Source: Clostridiales bacterium (GTDB lineage Bacteria > Bacillota > Clostridia > Lachnospirales > Lachnospiraceae). From it: 64,000 nt of DNA. Position 1 is the first letter of the stretch. Each line of letters starts with the position of its first letter. The DNA lies in the NCBI GenBank assembly GCA_021204085.1, contig JAJPZY010000135.1, positions 4,851 to 68,850 of the forward strand. The letters run 5' to 3'. The notes under the pieces were generated by a model. That model searched no databases. It was not told where the DNA came from and saw only the letters and a list, made by a program, of their open reading frames with translations. A program made the position numbers and the translations under genes. This document shows, one piece after another, positions 21,789-30,631 of the stretch.

Positions 21789-22547
21789 ATGTTAAAGCTT
21801 GCAATATATGGAAAAGGCGGGATCGGAAAGTCTACGACTACCGCGAATCTGGCAGCGGCCTTTGCCCTGCTTGGGAAAAAGGTCATTCAGATCGGCTGTG
21901 ATCCGAAAGCGGATTCGACCATCAATCTGCTGGGCGGGCATCCGATGCTGCCGGTGATGAATTATATCCGTGATCACGATGAGGAGCCGGAGCAGCTGGC
22001 GGAGATCGCGAAAGAGGGTTACGGCGGAGTCCTTTGCATTGAGACCGGAGGTCCGACACCGGGGTTGGGCTGTGCCGGCCGCGGCATTATTACGACATTC
22101 AGCCTGCTTGAAGATCTGGAACTTTTTGAGACCTATCAGCCGGATGTGGTTCTCTATGATGTGCTGGGAGATGTGGTCTGCGGAGGATTTGCCGCTCCGA
22201 TTCGCGAGGGTTACGCGGAGCATATACTGATCGTGACGTCCGGGGAAAAAATGGCGCTCTATGCAGCCAATAATATTCAGACGGCAGTTAAAAATTTTGA
22301 GGACAGAGGGTATGCCTCGGTAAAAGGGATTATTCTGAACCGGAGAAATGTGGAAAACGAATATGAAAAGGTATCCGCTTTTGCCGTAGAACATGGGTTG
22401 GACATCATTGCGGATATTCCCAGGAGCGCAGATATCATTCGCTATGAGGACATGGGAATGACGGTAATTGAGGGCGACCCGGATCTTCCAATCAGCCGGA
22501 TTTATCTGGAACTGGCGAAAAAACTGCTTTCGGAAGACCTTATATAA
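21789..22547 (+). CDS. Nitrogenase iron protein (NifH family)-like ATPase 2
   Basis: [25 protein letters not shown] and DVVCGGF; 252 aa. Confidence 0.92.
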   Translation: MLKLAIYGKGGIGKSTTTANLAAAFALLGKKVIQIGCDPKADSTINLLGGHPMLPVMNYIRDHDEEPEQLAEIAKEGYGGVLCIETGGPTPGLGCAGRGIITTFSLLEDLELFETYQPDVVLYDVLGDVVCGGFAAPIREGYAEHILIVTSGEKMALYAANNIQTAVKNFEDRGYASVKGIILNRRNVENEYEKVSAFAVEHGLDIIADIPRSADIIRYEDMGMTVIEGDPDLPISRIYLELAKKLLSEDLI

Positions 22548-22566
22548 ATATAAAAGGAATAAAAAC

Positions 22567-23850
22567 ATGCAGCAGAATGCGTACTATATTACAGCGGCAG
22601 AGTTGGCCGCAAAAGGAAAAGAAAATATTCCGGATGAACTGCAGTCTTCAAAACACCTGATCTACAGTTCGCCGGCTACACTGGCATTTCATTCGCCCGG
22701 AGCGCAGGGATTCGGTGTGAAACGAGCGGGTCTGGCTATCCCCGGTTCCGTGATGCTTCTGGTCTCCCCGGCCTGCTGCGGGAGAAATACGATGATGCTG
22801 GATCAGATTGGCGGATACGGGGATCGTTTTTTCTATCTGCTTCAGGATGACACGGATATCGTGACCGGACGCCATCTGAACCGGATTTCAAAGGCGGTGA
22901 AAGAAGTTGCGGATTCTCTGGATGAGAAACCCACAGCGGTGATGATCTGTATCACCTGCGTGGATGCGCTGCTGGGCACGGATATGGAGCGGGTCTGCCG
23001 GAAAGCGTCGGAGTACGCGGGCGTTCCGGTTTTGCCCTGTTATATGTATGCGCTGACCCGGGAGGGGCGTGTGCCGCCGATGACATCTGTGAGAAAGACG
23101 GTATATGCGCTTCTTGAAAAACGGGAGAGGAAAAAAACAGCGGTAAATCTTCTGGGCGAATTTGCTCCCTATGACGACGGCTGTGAGATTTATGAGATTT
23201 TAAATAATCTGGGGTTAAAGACGATTCGTGAAATTTCCCGGTGCCGGGACTTTGAAGAATACCTTTCCATGTCGGAGGCGAATTTTAATATTATTCTGAA
23301 CCCGGAGAGCCGCCTGGCTGCAGAGGATTTCCACAAGCGGTTGGGAATCCCCTCGCTTGAAATGACGCGGGTGTACCAGATTGACAAGATTCAAAAACAG
23401 TATGAACTTCTTGGAACCGCCCTCGGTGTAAAAATCGATGACTCCGCATACTATGAGGAAGCTATGCGGACGGTGGAAGAGTTTTCACAGGCTCATCCGC
23501 AGACTGTATTTGCCGTGGGAGAGTGGATGAACGGAGACCCCTTTGAACTGTCTCTGGCATTGCTACGATACGGACATCAGGTTGCGGAGATATACGGCAC
23601 AGTGACGAACCTGAACTTTATCTACATAAAAAAAATTGCTGCGCTCAGCCCGGAAACCAGAATATATACGAATCTCTCGCCGACTATGATGAACTACAAC
23701 TGCGGGGAAGGCGCGCCTGATATTACCATCGGGCAGGATGCCGCCTACTATCATCCCGATTGCCCGAACGTGCCCTGGAATGCGGAGAATAAACCGTTTG
23801 GATACGCGGGTCTACGGAATTTGGTTCATAGTATTTGTAGTATAATATAG
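22567..23850 (+). CDS. Nitrogenase component-1-like oxidoreductase, alpha-type subunit of pair 2
   Basis: SPACCGR, CITCVDALLGTD, VNLLG and PFGYAG; start moved to the ATG after the AAGGA RBS. Confidence 0.8.
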   Translation: MQQNAYYITAAELAAKGKENIPDELQSSKHLIYSSPATLAFHSPGAQGFGVKRAGLAIPGSVMLLVSPACCGRNTMMLDQIGGYGDRFFYLLQDDTDIVTGRHLNRISKAVKEVADSLDEKPTAVMICITCVDALLGTDMERVCRKASEYAGVPVLPCYMYALTREGRVPPMTSVRKTVYALLEKRERKKTAVNLLGEFAPYDDGCEIYEILNNLGLKTIREISRCRDFEEYLSMSEANFNIILNPESRLAAEDFHKRLGIPSLEMTRVYQIDKIQKQYELLGTALGVKIDDSAYYEEAMRTVEEFSQAHPQTVFAVGEWMNGDPFELSLALLRYGHQVAEIYGTVTNLNFIYIKKIAALSPETRIYTNLSPTMMNYNCGEGAPDITIGQDAAYYHPDCPNVPWNAENKPFGYAGLRNLVHSICSII

Positions 23851-23858
23851 GAGAAATT

Positions 23859-25016
23859 ATGAAAGGCCTTTTAAAATATCTGTCCCCCTTTGCCCCGGAT
23901 CAGTCGGGCGCAGTTTCCGTTTTATATGATCTGGGCGGCATGATCGTCATCTGCGACGCCGGCGGCTGCACCGGTAATTTCTGCGGATTTGACGAGCCGC
24001 GGTGGTTTGAAAAAAAGAGCGCGATTTTTTCCGCGGGCCTGCGGGATATGGACGCCATTCTGGGAAGGGATGACCGTCTGGTAGAAAAGCTGAAGGACGC
24101 GGCTGATCATCTGGATGCGAAATTTATTGCGCTTATCGGCACGCCGGTTCCGGCTGTAATTGCGACGGATTTTAAAGCATTGAAGCGAATGACAGAGAAG
24201 AAAACCGGATTGCCGGTGATTGTCAGCGAGTGCACCGGAACCCGCCTCTATGACAAAGGTGCGGAGGATGCGTACCTGTCACTTTTTCAGACTTTTGCAA
24301 AGCGGGATGTCAGAAAAAATGAACAGACTGTCGGTGTCATTGGAGTGAATCCGCTGGACACCAGTTATTCGGATGCAGCGCAGATTTTGGAGAGCGTGTT
24401 TCTGGACGAAGGATATGAGAATATCCTCTGTTACGGCGCAGAACATAAGCTTGAAAGCAGTGAAACGAATTTCAGCATGAAGAAGTCGGGAAATTGTATG
24501 CAGTTCAGCGATTCTTCGCCTGACGGGAAGAAACCTGCGGATAGCCTTGCAGTGATCGAACAGGCAGGAACCGCCGCAAAAAACATTGTTCTTGCACCAT
24601 CCGGAATCCGGGCGGCAAAATATCTGCAGGAAACTTTCGGCACTCCCTATGAAACGGCATATCCGCTGTTATCTGTAAAATTAAAAGAACGGCTGCACGG
24701 GCTCGCGGGAAAACGTGTGCTTGTCGTCCATCAACAGGTTGCGGCGAATGAGATTCGAAAAGAAATTGCAGGCGATGATGACCTGAATTTTTCAAAGATT
24801 GTCTGCGGCACATGGTTTATGCAGGTTCCGGAGCAGACCGCACAGCAGGATGTGCATTTTGAAAGGGAAGAAACATTTATTTCATACGTGGAACAAGGAA
24901 ATTTTGATGCGATTGTCGCGGACGGAAGGTTTCGCAGGGCGCTGCGCGGTTACAGGGGTGAGTTTGTGGAGTGCCCGCATTTTGCGGTTTCCGGGACGAT
25001 GGATTGTGAGTTATAG
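23859..25016 (+). CDS. Nitrogenase component-1-like oxidoreductase, beta-type subunit of pair 2
   Basis: PDQSG, CDAGGCTGNFC, DEPRW, GTPVPAVIATD and PHFAVSG. Confidence 0.8.
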   Translation: MKGLLKYLSPFAPDQSGAVSVLYDLGGMIVICDAGGCTGNFCGFDEPRWFEKKSAIFSAGLRDMDAILGRDDRLVEKLKDAADHLDAKFIALIGTPVPAVIATDFKALKRMTEKKTGLPVIVSECTGTRLYDKGAEDAYLSLFQTFAKRDVRKNEQTVGVIGVNPLDTSYSDAAQILESVFLDEGYENILCYGAEHKLESSETNFSMKKSGNCMQFSDSSPDGKKPADSLAVIEQAGTAAKNIVLAPSGIRAAKYLQETFGTPYETAYPLLSVKLKERLHGLAGKRVLVVHQQVAANEIRKEIAGDDDLNFSKIVCGTWFMQVPEQTAQQDVHFEREETFISYVEQGNFDAIVADGRFRRALRGYRGEFVECPHFAVSGTMDCEL

Positions 25017-25019
25017 AAG

Positions 25020-25178
25020 TTTTTTTTATATCATAGGAAAGACCTTGTTGTTGTAAAGTATTAAAGTATGCGATTTCCTATGATATAAAAACACTCCGTG
25101 AGGATGCGCAGCTCGCGGATAGGAGGTTTTGCTGCGCAACCGCTCGCGCGCGAAGTGTCGCAGAGCGACACTTTATTT
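25020..25178 (+). repeat. Palindromic repeat family A, copy 2 (lacks a 54-bp internal module)
   Basis: Same left hairpin, aaaaacactc..gaggatgcgcagc core and aagtgtcgc hairpin as copy 1; lacks the equivalent of 15397-15450. Confidence 0.9.
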
Positions 25179-25212
25179 TATGAGTAAGCCGAGATTGTAT
25201 AGGGACAGCAGT

Positions 25213-27690
25213 ATGAATACAGGAGAGAATCAGAAAAATAATTGCATAACGAAGCATATTCGTGTCTATGGTATCGTTCAGGGCGTTGGTTTTCGCCCGT
25301 TTGTGAGCCGGATTGCGGATCGGATCGGTGTGAGAGGGAGCGTAGCGAACAAAGGCTCCTATGTGGAAATATTTTCTGCCGGCACAGGAGAGCAGCAGGA
25401 GGAATTTTTACAGGCGTTGGAGCGGGAAGCTCCGGAGCGCTCTGCCATTTTAAAGGTGGATGTTTCTGATATTGAGAATCTTGCTTTTGATACCTTTGAT
25501 ATCATAGAGAGTGAGCGGGAAGAGGGAGATATCTTTGTCTCGCCGGATATCGCTACCTGTCCGAAATGCAGGCAGGAACTTTATGATCCGACGAACCGCC
25601 GGTATATGCACCCTTTTATTAATTGTACGGCCTGCGGGCCGCGGCTGACGATCTTGGACGCCATGCCCTATGACCGTGAACGGACCAGTATGAAGGACTT
25701 CCCCATGTGTCTGGAGTGTGAGTTTGAGTACACGCACGCGGAGACCAGGCGCTACGACGCCCAGCCTGTCTGTTGTAATGATTGCGGGCCGCAGGTGTAC
25801 CTGCTGGAACGAACTTCTCAGGCAGAGGAAAAAAATGTATGTTGCGGGAGGGAAGCCATCAGCAAGGCGCGAAAAGCAATCGCGGACGGAAAGATCGTAG
25901 CCATTAAAGGCATCGGCGGCTTTCATCTTTGCTGCGACGCCGCCAATGAATCAGCAGTGCGCCGCCTGCGGGAATTAAAGCATCGCCCCGCAAAGCCGTT
26001 TGCGGTGATGATGAAGGATTTGGAGACCGTATATGCGCAGTGTGAAGTGTCAGAAGTACAGAAGGAGATCCTGGACGGTCACGCGAAGCCGATCATTCTT
26101 TTAAAAAAGAAAGTTGGAAACCATCTGGCGGACGCGGTGGCGCCGGATAATCCGAATGTCGGAGTGATGCTGCCGTACGCCCCGGTACAAATGCTGTTGT
26201 TTGACTACAATGATGGTTTCGAGATGCCCACAGATACCTTTGTTATGACCAGCGGCAATGTGTCAGGCGCGCCGATTTGCCGGACAGATGAGGATGCGCT
26301 GCGGGAAATCAGCGGCTTCTGTGATCTGATTTTATCCCACGACCGAAAAATTCGCCTGCGTGCCGATGATTCGGTGATGAATTTTTATAAAGACGAGCCG
26401 TATATGATCCGGCGCTCCAGAGGATACGCGCCGCTCCCGGTCATGATGGATTTCCCGTGGCGCGGGCAGGTGCTGGCCGTCGGCGGCGAATTGAAGAATA
26501 CATTCTGCATCGCCAAAAATCAGCTGTTTTATTCCTCTCCCTATGTGGGGGATATGGCGGATGTCCGTACCGTTCAGGCGCTGACGGAATCGATTACGCG
26601 GATGGAGGAACTGCTGGAGGCAAAGCCGCAGCTGGCAGTCTGTGACCTGCATCCGAAATATAATACAACGGTTGTTGCCGAGAATACAGGACTCCCGTTG
26701 TTGAAAATCCAGCATCACTACGCGCACATTCTTTCCTGTATGGCGGAAAACAATCTGCCGCCTGATACAAAAGTGATCGGAGTTTCCTTTGACGGTACCG
26801 GCTATGGCACCGACGGAACGATCTGGGGCGGGGAATTTCTTGTGGCGGATTACTTCGGTTTTGAGCGGGCCGGCAGCATTCGGCCGTTTCTCCAGATCGG
26901 CGGCGATTCTTCCGCACGTGAGGGTTGGAGGATTGCGGTTTCTATGGTAAATTCGTTGTATCCGGACCGCGCAGCTGAGGTTGCGGAAGCGCTCGGTTTG
27001 TGCGATGAAAAGACACGGAAGCTCTATCAGCAGATGGCAGCGCGGCGAATCAATGCCGTGGAGTCGACCAGCGCAGGCCGCCTGTTCGATGCAGTCAGTG
27101 CAATCCTCGGCATCCGATTGGAATCCTCTTTTGAGGGAGAAGCGTCAACTACGCTGCAGTTCAGGGCGGAGGAGTATCTTGAGAGGAGAGGAAAGGTAAA
27201 AGAGGACATATGTGTTGCAGACGAATGTGACACGGAGAATTGTACCGGGAAGGAAGAAGTAGTTTTAAAAGAAGAAAAAGAATCTGGAAATGTCAGAAAC
27301 ACCTGCGGACTTCAACTAACAGGAGTAGCAGAAAGCACTTCGGACCGCCGGCTTCTTCTTCCAACTGATGAACTGGTGCGGTTTATCATTAATGAGAGAC
27401 TGGCCGGGCAGGATGCCTGCAAACTGGCGTATATTTTCCATCAGACTCTCGCGGAACAGATTATCGCCGGATGCAGAGTGATTTCGGAGGAGACCGGTAT
27501 TACATTCTGCGCCTTAAGCGGCGGCGTGTTTCAGAACCAGCTTTTGCTGGAACTTTGTGAAAAGGGCTTGACTGAAGCCGGATTTACCGTTTATCGTCAC
27601 CGCATGATACCGCCGAATGACGGCGGGCTGGCACTCGGCCAGGCGGCGGCCGGCATGGCATACCTGAATAATACGCTACAAGAAATATAA
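25213..27690 (+). CDS. hypF: Carbamoyltransferase HypF
   Basis: Acylphosphatase domain GIVQGVGFRPF, two CxxC-x18-CxxC zinc fingers, HHYAH, DGTGYGTDG and PPNDGG. The longer N-terminus in the ORF track comes from repeat A. Confidence 0.96.
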   Translation: MNTGENQKNNCITKHIRVYGIVQGVGFRPFVSRIADRIGVRGSVANKGSYVEIFSAGTGEQQEEFLQALEREAPERSAILKVDVSDIENLAFDTFDIIESEREEGDIFVSPDIATCPKCRQELYDPTNRRYMHPFINCTACGPRLTILDAMPYDRERTSMKDFPMCLECEFEYTHAETRRYDAQPVCCNDCGPQVYLLERTSQAEEKNVCCGREAISKARKAIADGKIVAIKGIGGFHLCCDAANESAVRRLRELKHRPAKPFAVMMKDLETVYAQCEVSEVQKEILDGHAKPIILLKKKVGNHLADAVAPDNPNVGVMLPYAPVQMLLFDYNDGFEMPTDTFVMTSGNVSGAPICRTDEDALREISGFCDLILSHDRKIRLRADDSVMNFYKDEPYMIRRSRGYAPLPVMMDFPWRGQVLAVGGELKNTFCIAKNQLFYSSPYVGDMADVRTVQALTESITRMEELLEAKPQLAVCDLHPKYNTTVVAENTGLPLLKIQHHYAHILSCMAENNLPPDTKVIGVSFDGTGYGTDGTIWGGEFLVADYFGFERAGSIRPFLQIGGDSSAREGWRIAVSMVNSLYPDRAAEVAEALGLCDEKTRKLYQQMAARRINAVESTSAGRLFDAVSAILGIRLESSFEGEASTTLQFRAEEYLERRGKVKEDICVADECDTENCTGKEEVVLKEEKESGNVRNTCGLQLTGVAESTSDRRLLLPTDELVRFIINERLAGQDACKLAYIFHQTLAEQIIAGCRVISEETGITFCALSGGVFQNQLLLELCEKGLTEAGFTVYRHRMIPPNDGGLALGQAAAGMAYLNNTLQEI

Positions 27691-27709
27691 AGCAGAGGAG
27701 GATATATAC

Positions 27710-27916
27710 ATGTGTGTAGGATTATCAGCAAAAGTAGTAGGAATTAAAGACGGCATGGCTTTGGTGGACGCGATGGGTGCGAAGCGTGAGGTTTCCGCAG
27801 AACTTTTGGATGAGCTGGAGCCGGGAGATTATGTCATGGTACATGCGGGTGTCGCGATCGCGAAGATCAATGGCGATGATGATGCCGAGGCAGATGACGT
27901 CATCGGTTTGCTGTAA
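27710..27916 (+). CDS. hypC: HypC/HupF chaperone
   Basis: Cys2 in MCVGLSAKV and GDYVMVHAGVA; 68 aa. Confidence 0.93.
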   Translation: MCVGLSAKVVGIKDGMALVDAMGAKREVSAELLDELEPGDYVMVHAGVAIAKINGDDDAEADDVIGLL

Positions 27917-27931
27917 AGAAGGAGAATTAAA

Positions 27932-28978
27932 ATGGACGACGCAATCAAAAAAGCGCGTGGGATTATTGAAAATTATGACGGGCCGAAGCTTCGGATCATG
28001 GAAGTCTGCGGCACGCATACACATGAAATTTTCCGTCTTGGAATACGGAATATCCTGCCGGATAATATTGAACTGATTTCCGGGCCGGGATGTCCGGTCT
28101 GCGTGACGCCGGTCGGTTATATCGACGAGGCGGTGATGCTGGCTTTGGAAAAAGGCTGCACAGTCTGTACATTCGGAGATCTGATCCGTGTGCCGGGAAC
28201 GAAGATGAGTCTGGCGGGAGCCCGCGCGGAAGGCGCGGATGTTAAGATCGTATATGCGCCGCAGGATGCGGTAACTGTTGCAAAAGAAAATCCGGACAAA
28301 CAGGTGGTGTTTCTGGCAGTAGGTTTTGAGACGACTACGCCGTCCGCCTGTCTTGCCGTAAAAAAAGCAAGGGAGCAGGGACTTGATAATTTTTCAATCC
28401 TGACAGCGAACAAGACCATGCCGAATGCGTATCAGGCGCTGAAAGGAAGTGCGGATGCATTCCTTTATCCGGGGCATGTCAATGCCATTACGGGCGAGGC
28501 AGACTGCCGGAAGCTGAAGGATGAGGGGGTTTCCGGAGTGATTGCCGGATTTACGGCAAAAGAGCTTTTGACGGCGCTGGCAGTTATTATAGAGAAATCA
28601 AAAACAGGAGAGCCGTTTTTTGTAAACTGTTATCCCAGAGTGGTCCGTCCTGAGGGAAATTCTGCCGGGAGGGCAATCATTGAGGAAGTGATGGAGCCCT
28701 GTGATTCTGAATGGCGGGGCTTAGGTGTGATTCCTGATTCGGGGCTTAAACTGCGGGAAGATTATCGTGAATTTGATGCGCGGTTAAAGTATAATCTTCC
28801 GGAAATCCACGGGAAGCCGAACCCGGCCTGCCGCTGCGGGGAGGTGCTTCAGGGGAAATGCCGCCCGGTGGATTGCAGTCTTTTCGGAAAAGTGTGTACG
28901 CCGCAGCATCCGGTGGGCGCATGTATGGTTTCCAATGAGGGAAGCTGCTCCGCATATTTTTCTTACGGAATCGGATGA
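27932..28978 (+). CDS. hypD: Hydrogenase maturation Fe-S scaffold HypD
   Basis: MEVCGTHT, GPGCPVC, GFETT, PGHV and the C-terminal Cys cluster ending GACMVSNEGSC. Confidence 0.96.
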   Translation: MDDAIKKARGIIENYDGPKLRIMEVCGTHTHEIFRLGIRNILPDNIELISGPGCPVCVTPVGYIDEAVMLALEKGCTVCTFGDLIRVPGTKMSLAGARAEGADVKIVYAPQDAVTVAKENPDKQVVFLAVGFETTTPSACLAVKKAREQGLDNFSILTANKTMPNAYQALKGSADAFLYPGHVNAITGEADCRKLKDEGVSGVIAGFTAKELLTALAVIIEKSKTGEPFFVNCYPRVVRPEGNSAGRAIIEEVMEPCDSEWRGLGVIPDSGLKLREDYREFDARLKYNLPEIHGKPNPACRCGEVLQGKCRPVDCSLFGKVCTPQHPVGACMVSNEGSCSAYFSYGIG

Positions 28979-29123
28979 TTGGATTATATTGAAGATACAA
29001 TTAAATGGATGAGTCAGGCCTGTTTTTTCGAAAATATGACTGCAGGTTTATATTTACGGATGGAGGACTTTCTATTGATAGATTTGGTAATCGGCAAATA
29101 GATGAATCGGGAAGGAAGAAAAA

Positions 29124-30134
29124 ATGAGTGATAGTAAAAAAGTAACCCTCGCCCACGGCGCGGGAGGAAAGCAGACGGCGGAATTGATCCGGGAGGTGTT
29201 CGCGGCGCATTTTTCAAATCCGCAATTTACGGCGGATGACGCGGCGGTGCTGGATGTGGGAAGTGGAAAAATTGCCATGTCTACAGACGGATTTATCGTG
29301 TCTCCCTATAAATTTAACGGAGGAAATATCGGAAAACTTTCCATTTGCGGGACAGTAAATGATTTGTCCTGCATGGGGGCGCGGCCGCTGTATCTGACCT
29401 GCTCCTTTATCATAGAGGAAGGATTTCCGCTTGATGAGCTGGAGCAGATCGCGGCATCCATGGAAAAAACAGCAATGGAGGCCGGTGTAAAGATCGTAGC
29501 CGGAGATACAAAAGTAGCCGGAGCCGGACAGGTGGATCATATTTTTATTACAACGACCGGAATCGGCGCATTGACGGAAGGTGTTTCAACCTCCGGAGCT
29601 TATGCGAGACCGGGGGATGCAATCCTTGTGACAGGCGATATCGGCCGGCACGGCTGCACCATTTTGCTTGCAAGAGAAGATCTGGGAATTGAAGCGGATA
29701 TTAAAAGCGATTGTGCCCCGCTCTGGGGAACCGTAGAGTTGATGATTGATGAAACAAAGGATATTCATGTGATTCGCGACGCAACGAGGGGCGGTGTGGG
29801 GACGGTTCTCTACGAAATTGCGGCGGAGAGCAATGTCGGCGTTCGGCTCGATGGCGCGGCAATCCCGGTTGATCCGGCAGTTCGCGGTGTCTGCGGAATG
29901 CTGGGACTTGATCCGCTCTATCTCGCGAATGAAGGAACCCTGGTCGTGATCGCACCCAGACCGGAGGCAGAGCGGTTGCTCACGGTTTTAAAGGATGGAA
30001 AATATTCGGCAAATGCTGCGATCATCGGTGAGATTACCGACAAGCTGCCGGGAAAAGTGGTTATGACTACGGAGATCGGGGCTGAAACTATGCTGCCGCA
30101 GCCGGGCGGGGAACTGTTGCCGAGGATATGTTAA
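29124..30134 (+). CDS. hypE: Carbamoyl dehydratase HypE
   Basis: LAHGAGGK, GTVNDL, DATRGG and the C-terminal PRIC. Confidence 0.96.
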   Translation: MSDSKKVTLAHGAGGKQTAELIREVFAAHFSNPQFTADDAAVLDVGSGKIAMSTDGFIVSPYKFNGGNIGKLSICGTVNDLSCMGARPLYLTCSFIIEEGFPLDELEQIAASMEKTAMEAGVKIVAGDTKVAGAGQVDHIFITTTGIGALTEGVSTSGAYARPGDAILVTGDIGRHGCTILLAREDLGIEADIKSDCAPLWGTVELMIDETKDIHVIRDATRGGVGTVLYEIAAESNVGVRLDGAAIPVDPAVRGVCGMLGLDPLYLANEGTLVVIAPRPEAERLLTVLKDGKYSANAAIIGEITDKLPGKVVMTTEIGAETMLPQPGGELLPRIC

Positions 30135-30258
30135 TTCAGATACAGATGAATCCTGTGGAGGACTGTGAATCGTAACATTCTGAATTTCTGTAAAATTCCC
30201 TATTTTCTTTTCCGTAAAACCTGTATATAATAATGCTCAGACAGGAGGTAGAAATCAT

Positions 30259-30618
30259 ATGAAAGGACAGATACAAAACGCGTTGGGTACAGTCAGCATA
30301 GATTCGCAGGTAGTTGCTTCCTGTGCCGGTTCCGCAGCGGTGGAGTGTTTCGGCATCGTGGGCATGGCAGCAGTAAATATGAAAGACGGACTTGTGAAGC
30401 TGCTGAAAAAAGATTATCTGCATCATGGGATTACGGTGCAGATTGAGGAGGATGACAAGATCACACTGGATTTTCATGTAATTGTCTCCTACGGCGTGAG
30501 CATTGCTGCCGTTTCAGATAACCTGATGAATACGGTGAAGTATAAAGTGGAAGAGTTTACCGGGCTCACAGTCGATAAAATCAACATCTTTGTGGAAGGT
30601 GTCAGAGTAATTGACTAA
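30259..30618 (+). CDS. Asp23/Gls24-family protein (YloU-like)
   Basis: AVECFGIVGMA and VDKINIFVEGVRV; upstream of the DAK2 gene. Confidence 0.88.
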   Translation: MKGQIQNALGTVSIDSQVVASCAGSAAVECFGIVGMAAVNMKDGLVKLLKKDYLHHGITVQIEEDDKITLDFHVIVSYGVSIAAVSDNLMNTVKYKVEEFTGLTVDKINIFVEGVRVID

Positions 30619-30631
30619 GGAGGACAGACCG

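Noticed and set aside
17759-25016. Calling the cluster a nitrogen-fixing nitrogenase (nifHDK/nifEN)
   Set aside because: P-cluster and FeMoco ligands are incomplete, the Fe proteins are short, and there is no nifB or Mo-handling gene in the window.
25129-25212. N-terminal extensions of HypF and RqcH sharing LRNRSRAKCRRATL
   Set aside because: The shared peptide is a translation of repeat family A, not a protein domain. The true starts are downstream (25213 and 36251).
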